A DNA stretch of 64,000 nt from a virus, in the IMG/VR virus record IMGVR_UViG_3300027509_000012. One strand, 5' to 3'. A model generated the notes under the pieces. That model was not told where the DNA came from. It saw nothing but the letters and a program-made list of their open reading frames with translations, and made no database searches. A program made the position numbers and the translations under genes. Of this stretch, positions 27,801 to 38,498 are shown piece by piece (position 1 is the stretch's first letter; every line of letters begins with the position of its first letter).

Positions 27801-30800
27801 CCCAAAATTCATCAAGCTTGGCGTCAATAAATTGCTTGGAATTTATAAAAGCATCTATAGAGCGAGTGGATCCTTTTGTTTGGATCAGTCCCTGCCAAAA
27901 TTGAAATTGAGATTTTTCATTAATATTTAAATCATTCAAATAATTTTCTGTTGAATTAATATCATAACCCAATGTTCTTTTTGCAAATGGTGCGAATCTG
28001 TTACTTTCATTTCGCGTAGGTGAACCATATGCTTCTCGTAGATCTGTTATAGATCGTTCTAAATTATCGAAAGTTTCTAATTTGTTAGTATTCTTGACTA
28101 AAGAACTACCACCAATATTAGGTCTACAAGTATTAGCTGTTTGTCTATTAAAATTCACACTCAATGTGTCTAGATTTAATCCAATAAATCCATCATAGAT
28201 CAATTTATTATCAATAGTATAGTTTTTGAATTCCACAACATGTTCATACGTGTCAATAAACAAAGTAGCAGCGCTTATATAATGATATTCTTCTACATTT
28301 ATTGGATCTAAAACGTTAGGTATAAATGAAAGATCAGATCGTAAATCATTTGCTAGAAAAATTTCTGTCTTTTTATCAGTTCTAGTGATAACCAAATCTC
28401 GAATACTTAATGGATCGCCATTTCTATCTAAGATTGTTTTTGCTATCTGAATATCATCAAAAGGACCACTAATTATATCCGACACAACTCCGTATGAAGG
28501 ATTAAACACTAGTTTATCCTTGAATGAGTTAACTTCTATTTGAGGATATTTTATTGTGTTTTCAACAGCAACATGCAATTCATACTTTTCTGCTGATCCG
28601 ATATCCAATAACGGAACCTCAACACCAAGCTCAGATCTAGTAGCTGAATTTGCTAAATTGAAAGTACCATCACCATTGTTAATAACATAATATGGAATTT
28701 TTTGTAAAAATGGAGTAGGCATATTACCATCAGTTGCAACAATATTAACTGGTGTGCTAGTTGGAAATGGTGTGCCTGTTACACCTAAGAATGACCAACT
28801 GCCATTTTCTACACTTGGCTTAATCTCATATAAATTATCTATTGTTCTATTTCTTAATAGATTTCTAGAGCTATAACAATAATTAATAAATTCTTCAATT
28901 TGACTTTGCCATTTATTAACGTTGTCCGAAAAATCAAACCCTTTTTCGGACAAAATCTTTACATAACCATCGATTAAATCTATAAAACTTTGAATGCCAG
29001 TTATGACGGTTGGCATTTTAAAGCTGTAAACACTTCTAGTATCTAACTTATAATGTCTCCAGTTTATAACTGTATTTTTACCGCCGTTTGCCATAAACGT
29101 ATTATTAAATTCACCTATGTGATGAACTTTATCACCAGAATTTATTATGTCTATTGGTAATAGAGCTGTAGCTGCTGCTAATGTCTCTGCCAACTGAAAT
29201 TGAGTGTCATTTATTTTAATAATAAAATATTGAACTGGTCCAATTCTACCAGTATCACCTAATAATGGAGCTGGTAATGTTCCGTTGGTTGTTAACCAAA
29301 CACTATCACCAGTATTCCACGGCAATATTCTATTATCTACGGTTATCAAATCATTGCCTGTAATGCCAACTGGAAGTTCGCGTACTTTTATCTGTGTTCT
29401 TTTCAAACTATCATTATAGTTTGATGAATCAATAGTAAATTCAACAGCACCATCATCAGATGATATAGTTTGACCATTTACTAATATATCAGTAATGTCT
29501 CCATCTACTTCTATTACTTGTTGGATTAATTCAATGTTAGCTATTTTATATTGGTATATGGTACAAGTGTTAGTTGTGGTATTAACATGAAATGGAAAAT
29601 TCAGGGTTGGATAATAATCAAACGTAACATTGTTAGATGATTTATTTGATAATTGTATTTTCCACTCAGATGAATTGTCGTTGTTTATTGATTTAGGTGG
29701 AATTGATATTAAAGTCGCAACCAGTCCTTGTGCAGAAATACTTTCAACTCCACTAGATTTCTTTATAAAGATATCATAATCTACATTTTGTTCAATATCT
29801 ACAGAATTGTTTGTTACATCAAATGTATTCACATCTATGAACGAATTGAATTGATATGATAATGGTGCAGTCCATGTTTTCCATAATTTATGGAAATTAG
29901 AAAAGTTAGTATCGATACCAGTATATCTATTATAGTTTATATACCATTGATTCAATCCGCGCACTTTAGTTAATTCATTATCTAAAATAGAACCATGAAA
30001 TGTTACACTTTTGTTTGATGGAACATTCTTTGTAGTCTTGTCTATCGACAATCCACCCATTGAAAGATATTCACCTCCAAAAGTATTCAATAAAAACTTT
30101 ATTGGGTTTTCTAGATAAATCTGAATAAGAGTACTATATAAATATTGAGAAGAAACTCTCCAGTCATATTCGTATATACTATTTTGTCCGAATGTATAAT
30201 CCGCATTGGGGCTTATTACATGCAAACTAAAATTATCAAATAATGATCTAGTTGTAGAAATCAAATCTAATGATTCAACTGCTGAATGATCAAAATATGG
30301 TGGTAATAGATCGTCTGGATTATAAAACACTACGCCATCATCTGAAATTGGTGCATCTGTTATGTTTACACTAAAATAGCTATACTTAACTACGCTTCCA
30401 CTAGAGCCATCAGAAGTATCTCCATTGGGGAGGTCTTTACCACTGGGAACTATACCCAATCGAATATTTTTCCACATTCCTTCATCAGAATCTTCTATAT
30501 GTCTCCATTTACGATTTCCATAAATTGATGGTTCATAATTTAAATATTCTTCATCCCACCACGCCGGTTTACTATTATAACCCTGTAATATCCACGGTTC
30601 TTGATTTGGATATGGAGTTCCATAAAATCTAAGATATAATCCCTTCCAATAAGCTGAAGATTCGGCACCAGTGTTATTGGTTGATGGGAAAACTCCCTTA
30701 TATAAAATCCCTGTAGCAGTACTAGTAACATCTTCCTTTACCGTAATTACAGTAGTTGACGATGTTTCTTCTACAGATTTAACAGTCCACTCACCATCAT

Positions 30801-33800
30801 TAGCTCCTGCATTTTTGATTGAAAATGTTGAACTTGTTGCGAATGATCCTGCGGTTAACTGATCCAATGTAAACGTATTGGTATCTGGGTCGGCAAAAAT
30901 CATATCGTAGCCGGTGCCGGGTATTGAATTGTAATAGTTCCAAGAAAATGCATCAATTGGACTATAGATAGAATTAGTAAACGGCAAATCAATATTCTGA
31001 TCATTAACATATTTCAAAAAATATGATTCTAAAAATGTATCTGTAGAAAGAGGAAAATCCTTTTCTTTACTTTGAGTAAAAAGATCTTGTTCGAATGATA
31101 ATATAGATTTAACCATTATTTCATTTACATCAACTATTTCCCACATAGAAATATCAGATGTCGCGATATCATCTCCAATGTATAATGCACCATCAGATAA
31201 TTCATTATCGTTTAGTTCCCATTTAGAACCATCTAATACATGAACCCAATCAGTTCCATCTGAGTATAGTAACGCTCCTAATTCTGTGTTTGTGTTAAAC
31301 CAAAATGTATCTTCTACTGGTGTAGGAACATTTGGTTGAATATAGTCAATTACTAATTGATATAAAACATCAGTAGCTGAATTATGCCAAAAATACTCAT
31401 TAGGTAGATTACTACCTATCTCAGATAATAAATCTTGATATAATTTAGGTGCATCGACAGTCTTAACAACTATTTTTTCTTTTTCTTGTAAAGCATCAAT
31501 TACATTTGATAATACTGTTGCTTTCTCTGCACCATTCATTATGTAATTAGTTCGATGACTATCGTGATGTGATAGTTCATATAATTGAATTGCTTTATCT
31601 ATGTTTAGATTAGGCTCTACAGGAGACACTATACCAAAATTTGGTAGTGTTGCAATCCAGTTTTTAGCTCCCGAAGTTGTATCTCCATATAAAAATTCTA
31701 AATTAGAATCTTCAGCATATAATTTTTTTGTAATATCAGATAACTTAGAAGTGGTATCGAAATTCCCAAGATCTTCAGTAATTGCCTGAACTAATGATTG
31801 AGTAGATATTTTTCTTACCTTATCTAACAAAATTTCATATTGAGTTTGAGCAAAGTCTATTAAATCAGGAACAATAACATTGTCTATGAATATAGATGAT
31901 AAGAACGTTGAGAAGTTATTATTGTATTGTCGAATTGTTCCACCACGACCGTAATCAATATTTTCTGCCTGTAGTGCATGAAATTGTGTTTGCTTATTAC
32001 CTAAAAATCCAGAAATTTTATCTTGATCTTCGATAATTGATGAAAAATGCCCAACAATTTCAGTGGTGGTAACATCTACACGATTTTCATTTTCAACATT
32101 ATAATAAAAATAGTCAGGTAGAGTCCAATCACCAACCCACGAACCATCTTCTGAAAATGAATTTTCTTGTGACATTAACCATTCTGATAATGCTTGTGAT
32201 TCTACTTCAGCATCAGAAAATAATGGATTATTAAATTTAATGCTTTCTTCTGTTACAGATAAGAAAGCATCTTTTTCTTCGTTGTATTCAGATAAAGATC
32301 TTCCGTACCAATCACGCTTGACTGGAATATATTCTTCGTTAGATTTTTTCCATATACTGTTAAGAGCTGGATTTTCATACACAACAACCATATCAGACGA
32401 TTGAAAGAATTTGGCTGCTGATTCCGAATATTCATAAAGTTTTCTAGCAGTAGAATCATACCAAATCATACCATTGAAAGGTTTTGATGGTTGAGTTGAA
32501 CTATACTCTGCTTTATTAATTATATTGGTTCCCTGCAAAAAGAAATCAGTCCACACAAAGTTGTCTAGTTTGTATACTGTTTTATTAGCTTCATCAACCC
32601 AATAATCAACACTATCATCAATCAAATTATAACCATATAATGAATTATCTGAGCCAAGCAAATCTTGTGTAAATGTGAAAACACCAGTAAGAGAATCATA
32701 TATTACTCGCTTACCAAGTTCTGGAATAACCGAATAACTTTGATCTGTTTTAAAAGAAAATATTTCTGATGTTTTATTAAGTGGTGATCCATCTACATCA
32801 AACAAATTAAATATAGGTGCTTGGTTAACAGATGTTTTTATCTGCTCTATTTTTTTAAATTTATTCAAGCTAACTGTTTCTAATTCTAATGTTGAATTAT
32901 ATACCGAATCATTTAATTCTGTTCTTACATTAATCGTGTTATAACCCAAGTCACTTAATGTGGCTGGAGCAACTTCGATTATAAGTTCATCTAGTTCCTG
33001 CACTCCACTCATTCGTATTCCGATTACATGTTTCCCTTCACCAGCCAAACTTCGAAGTTCTTCATAAGTTCCATATTGACGTTCACCGTTTAGATATACG
33101 CGAATAGAATCTGAATCGGCAACAGCTTTATTTCTTAACGTTGTATCGCTGAATATAAAAGTTGTGTTTACATTGCTTTTTGATATAAACAATTGCGCAT
33201 ACGTGCCTAACTTATAATCAAAATGAGTTTTCTCAGTATTTAATATGGCGTCATCATTGATAGTGTTTTGTGTGTTAAATACTTTATTCCCAGTTGGTCT
33301 ATCATAATCAACACCTTCATAAACCCAATGTTGATTGTAACCAATCCAAAAATCACCATATGATGTACGTATTGGATTGAAAGTAGCAACATCACCTTCA
33401 GCTAAAACTTTATCTATTTCAACTATTGTTGAGTATGTTCCATCGTCTAATATTTCATATCTTGAACTTATAACAGTATAAATGTCTGCTGTATCTGCTG
33501 TAAATTCATATCCAGTTTTAAATGTATCAGTAAGATTTCCATGTATAGCATCAAAAACAATTTCACTATCAGAATTTATTTCAAAGCGATGTAATCCAAC
33601 TAATTCAAATAATACTGGATCTTTATCAGCAGTAACAAATGGAAGTGATTTTTCTGATCGATACTTCCATTTATGGACAACTTCAATATATTCGTTAATT
33701 TCAATACCAGATAAAAATTCAATAATTGGATAACTTGCTTGTCGAGCCGATGCAAAATTTGATACACCATTTCTATGAACCCACTTGTTATTTGAAGTCC

Positions 33801-35151
33801 ATTGAATTTGTGCTGGTGGTACTTCAACTTCACATGATTCAGAAAAATCAAATGTTGCATTACCTGTCACACTAGATAATACAGTACTGAAATCTGCGAA
33901 CAATGGCTTCCATCCAATATTTGCGCCCTTTTGAAATATTGTATCTGAATCTTTACTATACCAAAGATCTTCATTATCACCGTCAGTTATTTTCGGATCT
34001 TCATCATTTGTAATTTGCGTTAACAGTTCTTGATAATCACCATCCCATATACCAGAGTTGTTAGGATTATCATCATACAGGGCTACTCCGTAACCACCAC
34101 CAGAGTTAACACCACATTCACAATCTGCTGTTGCTTGTGCAAGGCTTATTTGTTCTGATAGAGAAATTATCCCACCAGTAACCTTACTAGAAAAAGAAGC
34201 ATCGATAATAATATCAGTTACTGAATCGTCAGTTGTAGATGATTTAACTGTAATAAATTTATTGTTTAATTGAGTGTTATCTGAATCTTTTACAAATAAT
34301 ACAAAACCTACTTCGAATAGACTAGTAAGATCACCAGATACTTGAATTCCAGTATGTGTTGTTTTTGCTATTGTACCAATTGATTCATTTTCAACTATTG
34401 AATCTTCGGTCACAGTGATAAGAGTATGTGGATCTGTGTATTCGATATTAACAACTTCAACTTCTTTATTTGTAAATGAAGTTCCTTGAACAGTTATAAA
34501 ATCGCCGATCTGAATATCATCAGTTTTATCTTCTAAAATTCTGATGATGTCAGTTCCTTGACTAATAGATACTATTTGAAAAGTTTCAACTTCTTTACTT
34601 GATATATTACCGATTATTTCAAAATTATTACCAAACCGTTCAACCATTGCATTCAAACCATCTACCTTTGCTTGTGCAGCGCTACAATGACTTTTGATTG
34701 TTATGTATTCAAGTTGACTGTTTGCATTAGTATCAACCCAGAAATAATCTCTATAATTAATTATTTTGTCTATGTCAATTGGTGGAACCCAATTAAATTT
34801 TTCTGCACTACCCCAATCCGAAAACTTCTCCATGTCCACGCCTTGAAGAGTTAATTCATTTATCACATCTTCCCACGACAAATATTTTTTCTCTGAACCT
34901 AGTTTGGCTGATAATATCGGTTGAAGTTGATTTGCTTGACGGATTATTGAGCTTTCTGGTATTTGTCTAGAATTGATTGCTTGGCGATTGTTTTGGCCCA
35001 CGTAACCATCAACAAACGTAGTCTCTTTTGGAGATAACATTCGATTGATAGTATTTTCTAGAATAGACTCGTTTATTTCTGACTGATTTGGTTCAGGCAG
35101 TAATTTATCAATACGAGTTCGTACTTTATTGTAATCTGAATTATTTGACAC
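24811..35151 (-). CDS. Giant (3446 aa) baseplate-associated structural protein
   Basis: Uninterrupted 10.3-kb ORF after the wedge gene; 'PPIDIDKIINYRDYFW', 'YYFWVKNK', repeated beta modules. Confidence 0.75.
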   Translation of the reverse strand: MSNNSDYNKVRTRIDKLLPEPNQSEINESILENTINRMLSPKETTFVDGYVGQNNRQAINSRQIPESSIIRQANQLQPILSAKLGSEKKYLSWEDVINELTLQGVDMEKFSDWGSAEKFNWVPPIDIDKIINYRDYFWVDTNANSQLEYITIKSHCSAAQAKVDGLNAMVERFGNNFEIIGNISSKEVETFQIVSISQGTDIIRILEDKTDDIQIGDFITVQGTSFTNKEVEVVNIEYTDPHTLITVTEDSIVENESIGTIAKTTHTGIQVSGDLTSLFEVGFVLFVKDSDNTQLNNKFITVKSSTTDDSVTDIIIDASFSSKVTGGIISLSEQISLAQATADCECGVNSGGGYGVALYDDNPNNSGIWDGDYQELLTQITNDEDPKITDGDNEDLWYSKDSDTIFQKGANIGWKPLFADFSTVLSSVTGNATFDFSESCEVEVPPAQIQWTSNNKWVHRNGVSNFASARQASYPIIEFLSGIEINEYIEVVHKWKYRSEKSLPFVTADKDPVLFELVGLHRFEINSDSEIVFDAIHGNLTDTFKTGYEFTADTADIYTVISSRYEILDDGTYSTIVEIDKVLAEGDVATFNPIRTSYGDFWIGYNQHWVYEGVDYDRPTGNKVFNTQNTINDDAILNTEKTHFDYKLGTYAQLFISKSNVNTTFIFSDTTLRNKAVADSDSIRVYLNGERQYGTYEELRSLAGEGKHVIGIRMSGVQELDELIIEVAPATLSDLGYNTINVRTELNDSVYNSTLELETVSLNKFKKIEQIKTSVNQAPIFNLFDVDGSPLNKTSEIFSFKTDQSYSVIPELGKRVIYDSLTGVFTFTQDLLGSDNSLYGYNLIDDSVDYWVDEANKTVYKLDNFVWTDFFLQGTNIINKAEYSSTQPSKPFNGMIWYDSTARKLYEYSESAAKFFQSSDMVVVYENPALNSIWKKSNEEYIPVKRDWYGRSLSEYNEEKDAFLSVTEESIKFNNPLFSDAEVESQALSEWLMSQENSFSEDGSWVGDWTLPDYFYYNVENENRVDVTTTEIVGHFSSIIEDQDKISGFLGNKQTQFHALQAENIDYGRGGTIRQYNNNFSTFLSSIFIDNVIVPDLIDFAQTQYEILLDKVRKISTQSLVQAITEDLGNFDTTSKLSDITKKLYAEDSNLEFLYGDTTSGAKNWIATLPNFGIVSPVEPNLNIDKAIQLYELSHHDSHRTNYIMNGAEKATVLSNVIDALQEKEKIVVKTVDAPKLYQDLLSEIGSNLPNEYFWHNSATDVLYQLVIDYIQPNVPTPVEDTFWFNTNTELGALLYSDGTDWVHVLDGSKWELNDNELSDGALYIGDDIATSDISMWEIVDVNEIMVKSILSFEQDLFTQSKEKDFPLSTDTFLESYFLKYVNDQNIDLPFTNSIYSPIDAFSWNYYNSIPGTGYDMIFADPDTNTFTLDQLTAGSFATSSTFSIKNAGANDGEWTVKSVEETSSTTVITVKEDVTSTATGILYKGVFPSTNNTGAESSAYWKGLYLRFYGTPYPNQEPWILQGYNSKPAWWDEEYLNYEPSIYGNRKWRHIEDSDEGMWKNIRLGIVPSGKDLPNGDTSDGSSGSVVKYSYFSVNITDAPISDDGVVFYNPDDLLPPYFDHSAVESLDLISTTRSLFDNFSLHVISPNADYTFGQNSIYEYDWRVSSQYLYSTLIQIYLENPIKFLLNTFGGEYLSMGGLSIDKTTKNVPSNKSVTFHGSILDNELTKVRGLNQWYINYNRYTGIDTNFSNFHKLWKTWTAPLSYQFNSFIDVNTFDVTNNSVDIEQNVDYDIFIKKSSGVESISAQGLVATLISIPPKSINNDNSSEWKIQLSNKSSNNVTFDYYPTLNFPFHVNTTTNTCTIYQYKIANIELIQQVIEVDGDITDILVNGQTISSDDGAVEFTIDSSNYNDSLKRTQIKVRELPVGITGNDLITVDNRILPWNTGDSVWLTTNGTLPAPLLGDTGRIGPVQYFIIKINDTQFQLAETLAAATALLPIDIINSGDKVHHIGEFNNTFMANGGKNTVINWRHYKLDTRSVYSFKMPTVITGIQSFIDLIDGYVKILSEKGFDFSDNVNKWQSQIEEFINYCYSSRNLLRNRTIDNLYEIKPSVENGSWSFLGVTGTPFPTSTPVNIVATDGNMPTPFLQKIPYYVINNGDGTFNLANSATRSELGVEVPLLDIGSAEKYELHVAVENTIKYPQIEVNSFKDKLVFNPSYGVVSDIISGPFDDIQIAKTILDRNGDPLSIRDLVITRTDKKTEIFLANDLRSDLSFIPNVLDPINVEEYHYISAATLFIDTYEHVVEFKNYTIDNKLIYDGFIGLNLDTLSVNFNRQTANTCRPNIGGSSLVKNTNKLETFDNLERSITDLREAYGSPTRNESNRFAPFAKRTLGYDINSTENYLNDLNINEKSQFQFWQGLIQTKGSTRSIDAFINSKQFIDAKLDEFWAYEVAEYGSVEEQEYPELFVGVEDVTDNNIKLEFVENASISTPGLDNNPYDVISFDATDGTDLTSEVGFTPITINDNERWYRQPDQFATLSDNGLVMYFESLANKSIELDNTSLVSQDAPLIIHNFKSDQLIITVDFGYDAYDRYDDSDFTVDTNTLTIRNKVLPFTSPVIVVKNGLILEETTDYYVATNTSGTTVFSDKVKFTKPLVAGDVIEVSYNDSILISDLHYLQINSNAVRFKSNELFSTSAKIVMYGTQPNFESNNASKLIDNKSDTVVSNLNLFDPARGMYNTLIINAIDIISEYNPATTTTKLDNIIDETPVDEFINKDFWGKHEVGTIWVDTSELSYMPYYDESVFSNVDDRLRYWGKQAYNSRLTAWEWVESPVHPSEYDEIAEAEEGDADIREFNRLSGNADRIVYRKVLTDDVDVPFELQRLKNEVREFTVLESGVSTGTSGEFEFPLDEDFLNSPIFGTRTYDIIVNGILKTSNIEMPVPEADLVVTVDGLTEKDTVVLLHEHSYTEEELETALELEIVQVGYEYTEKTSFNKNGSEITNYYFWVKNKLTRSRNKNISPKNIENTWSNVDYPYIVLQKPVARSKVLSVETEEYVVSFNDNVSTKLRENTVSALQLDTQSKYDGSGFNGIFTTGSNYEVGDEVTLSNGATVEITTLVPVGKVNGFTITYTGDLVTQHQVLTQASTTGAGTGFTIRPNRANIGGLYMNLSVPIKYVSDETPVYFKLSVNGTELNVDSQYRLDDTARNIDIMVDLPVDSNISLEYTSERATDSTVLPARYTQAIIRNIRSYISESNRYTVRFRKDFTQDDSSSDINNKNLHKEWKLFREHQNFKVDRELWDKITESMIGYTLTDSSVRVPSIDRSIYDQQTGSDTRFGIKTGQSFTDGTIAINTILADLNNLENEFIGIDISSFLTLNSFDTPDDIVTLMENMYNTFKSEDINRIFFLILNDALSLKNKYEKFLKTSMISVYGVKVLETQRFFDD

Positions 35152-35232
35152 AGAAACCCCAATTAACAGTTTATGAATAGTATTTATTCTAACTGTTTGT
35201 TATTAAAAAAGCCATGTTTTAAGCTTAATTAA

Positions 35233-38200
35233 TTACTGGTTTATATTGGTAGCTGTAAGAGAAGTTACAATTTCAATATCAGAGGCATTTATATCTGGAA
35301 CAAAGATTTCATCTTCTCTAGCATCGATTTGATATAAATCTCCGAACTGCGTTCCTGTACTGACAGGAACCAATACAACACTATCTATACTAGCATTTAA
35401 TTGTGCATGGATTGCAGCGGATAATTCACTGAAATAAAATGTCTCACCAAAATTCCAACTCGATATATCGAAAAAGCTTTTAATTATCGATATGATTTGA
35501 TTTTTAATATCATTATCAGAGAATGTATTTTGGCTAGATATGATTATTTTTATCTTTGCTCGATCTTCATTTGTTGCCTTGGTGCCGAATATAGGCCGTA
35601 GGTTGCCCGAATGCATTACTATGGTGTCAGATATCATTTTACTCTTTAAAAGCTCTCTAAACGTCTGTTTTAGCGTGTAGCTTGATGGTTTTTCTGGAAC
35701 ATAATCAATAACTTCGTTCAAATAAGCTGAATGATCCCTATAATATCCATCTGTAATAACAAACATATCGATGATATTACTAGGAGCAGGATCAATTAAA
35801 TGTAATCTAGGTGTTGAATGAAACCACGAGAAATTTAATGGAAATCTACCTTCATATCTATTATAACGGCGTTGCGTTGAACCCGTAGTAGCTTCTTGGA
35901 AATATAAAAGCTTAACATTGTCAGTATCTGGTTGGACGGCAAACGGATCATTAATAGTATCTCGCTTCAAATAAACATATTTTTTAGCTTTAATTAAATA
36001 TACATCATTTGGTTGAATTTTTGACGGTTGTATTTGAATCCAAGTTCGTAAAATTGTACTAACGTCAGTATTAATCGGATCACCAATAGCAGGCGTTGTC
36101 CAACCAGAACCAAATTCTAGTTTTACTCTATTCGCACTATCTATATCAACCGACTCTAGTGCACCACCTCTAATCACATAAACAACAACATCTTCATTTT
36201 CAAATCCCTGTAAATACTCTGTCGGTAATTCGAAACTGGCTGGTACATCTGGATCACTGGTCAATGTTCTTGAATCTATTAAATCTCCGAAAATTAACGA
36301 CTGAGTTAAATCATCTGGGATATCATCACTGTTTTGATCGATAGGCAATATCGAAAGACTATTATACGAATTAGTCCCAATTCCAAATTCTTCTTGTTTT
36401 GTTACATTAAATTTAATATCATTTTCCAATAAACCAGTTTTAGTACTATTTAAATTAGCACCAAGTACAGTTAACGTGTCTGCTTCATTTAAAAGATTGT
36501 TTATATTTAAAACAGTGTCTGGGCCGTTAGTATTCCAAAACCTTGTTGTATCACTGTATGCAACAAATGATTCTGTTGCTTGGTTGATGGTCCAACCAGA
36601 TAAAATATTTCCACTAACAAATGTTGGTTGAATTTGAAAAACCAATAAACGTTCTGTATCTGGAGCATTAACATACCAAAGCTCATCTGCTACAGAATAG
36701 TATAAACTAACCTGTCCATCAATTGAATCAGTATCACTGTCGTTTATTAAAGATTCTAATGCTTCAATTATAACTTCTTTATTGTTGAATACTGTTTTAT
36801 AATTTTTATCCTTTTTGTTTAGTTCTTCCAATTTGGAAACAACCATTACAAAGAAATCTATTGAATTCAATAATGGTTCAATAGTATCTTCAACTAATTC
36901 TTCTGGCTCCACTGCGGTGTTTACTAAAGTAGTAGTTCCATTAATTGGTGGTTCGCTGTATTTAAAAAGAGCCAAATCATTACCAAACAATTTAGTATCT
37001 TCATAATATTCTTTTGGGTCGTGCCAAGCAATATACTTAGAATCGCCTGCAAATGTTCGATTTATTGCTTTCATTTTAACTATGCGAGGATCTTGTAACA
37101 TATGAGAATTATAATCTCTTGCGTTAACCATACGATCTTGCGTGTAATATACGGAGGGTGCTACACGTCTTATATGTTCAATACTTTCAGAAACACTATT
37201 ATTTTGTAATGCATTTATTAATGAAAAAGTAAATGTAAATGTCTGCGATCCACCATTACTATCTTGATAAGAGAATGATGATTCTTGTCCTATTACAGAA
37301 GCTTTTGGAATTGTTATATCCTGATTTGCAGAACTTCTAAACCATATATCAAAAGCGCCGTTTGGTATTTGAGAAAATTCTCCATCACCAAATATAATAC
37401 GAACAGCATCGTTTTCTAATGTTTCAACTTCAAATTTTCTTCGATTATCTTCAGAGTTAAATATAACGCTTTCATAATTATCGGCACCGACTTCAAACCA
37501 TTCTCCAAACTTGGTTGTGTTTGATTCACGTAATAAATCACCAAATGGGTTGGTTGATAACAATTCTCTATCATCACTGTTTACGTTGTTTACAAAAACA
37601 TCAGTGTTATTAATATTTTCAACTGAAATTTCTAATGCTTGGTTTGGTGTTATACCATCAAAGAATGCTTCACGTTTTTGTAAAATTCCTTGTTTGGTAA
37701 GAGCTAAAAATCCACTTGTGTCTGAACCATCACCCAATCCATCTGTTGCGTATAACAAAGAAAATGGAGCTGATACTTCTGGGCGGCGTTCAACAGGACC
37801 ATCTTCGGTTAATCTTGATGGGACTAATTCCATAGCAAGAGAGCTATCAGAAACTCTAGCACTATAAGGGAATATAGAAGAATTACCACCAGTTAATGCA
37901 GTATTACTCAAGGTGTATAATTCAAATAATACATTATCAACTTGTGCTCTGTTGCCAGCACCCACTGTTCCGAATGGTTGGCTTAATACTTGATTCATCA
38001 ATTGAATGAATTGATCACGCCACTTAACATTATTACTGTCATTCCAATTGATTGTCTTATTTGCTAAGTTTTCACCATCAATGTCAAAAACTGGTTCAGT
38101 TGTTTTGATTGCTGTGATTTTTACAAGACCACGGTGTGGAATATTTCGTGTTGGTTTATATGATACTAATTTTGCAAGACGTAGAATAGACTCTTTTCTT

Positions 38201-38460
38201 TGAGCCGTTGACATAAAGTTCTCTTGAGCATTTATATCAATTCGATAAGATAGTAATTCAGCCACATACGCAAATGTTTCAATTATTGCAATTAATTCTG
38301 ATGATTCGATGAAATCATTAAAATCTTCAGGATGATAAATCTTCAAATAGTCAATAAGAGACTTTTTGACAGTATCATAATCAAAAGCATTAAAATTAAT
38401 TTGGCTGAAACTTTGATGAACTGTCGCGTATGATTCCGCTTTGTTAATTTGTCTGCTCAT
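35233..38460 (-). CDS. Baseplate wedge protein (gp6-like)
   Basis: 'DYDTVKKSLIDYL...DFIESSE', 'TAQRKESILRLA...Y.P', 'ESIEHIRRVAP...QDRMVNARDY'. Confidence 0.85.
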   Translation of the reverse strand: MSRQINKAESYATVHQSFSQINFNAFDYDTVKKSLIDYLKIYHPEDFNDFIESSELIAIIETFAYVAELLSYRIDINAQENFMSTAQRKESILRLAKLVSYKPTRNIPHRGLVKITAIKTTEPVFDIDGENLANKTINWNDSNNVKWRDQFIQLMNQVLSQPFGTVGAGNRAQVDNVLFELYTLSNTALTGGNSSIFPYSARVSDSSLAMELVPSRLTEDGPVERRPEVSAPFSLLYATDGLGDGSDTSGFLALTKQGILQKREAFFDGITPNQALEISVENINNTDVFVNNVNSDDRELLSTNPFGDLLRESNTTKFGEWFEVGADNYESVIFNSEDNRRKFEVETLENDAVRIIFGDGEFSQIPNGAFDIWFRSSANQDITIPKASVIGQESSFSYQDSNGGSQTFTFTFSLINALQNNSVSESIEHIRRVAPSVYYTQDRMVNARDYNSHMLQDPRIVKMKAINRTFAGDSKYIAWHDPKEYYEDTKLFGNDLALFKYSEPPINGTTTLVNTAVEPEELVEDTIEPLLNSIDFFVMVVSKLEELNKKDKNYKTVFNNKEVIIEALESLINDSDTDSIDGQVSLYYSVADELWYVNAPDTERLLVFQIQPTFVSGNILSGWTINQATESFVAYSDTTRFWNTNGPDTVLNINNLLNEADTLTVLGANLNSTKTGLLENDIKFNVTKQEEFGIGTNSYNSLSILPIDQNSDDIPDDLTQSLIFGDLIDSRTLTSDPDVPASFELPTEYLQGFENEDVVVYVIRGGALESVDIDSANRVKLEFGSGWTTPAIGDPINTDVSTILRTWIQIQPSKIQPNDVYLIKAKKYVYLKRDTINDPFAVQPDTDNVKLLYFQEATTGSTQRRYNRYEGRFPLNFSWFHSTPRLHLIDPAPSNIIDMFVITDGYYRDHSAYLNEVIDYVPEKPSSYTLKQTFRELLKSKMISDTIVMHSGNLRPIFGTKATNEDRAKIKIIISSQNTFSDNDIKNQIISIIKSFFDISSWNFGETFYFSELSAAIHAQLNASIDSVVLVPVSTGTQFGDLYQIDAREDEIFVPDINASDIEIVTSLTATNINQ

Positions 38461-38498
38461 GATTTTCTCATTTGTATGTCGCTAGTATTTATCATTTT

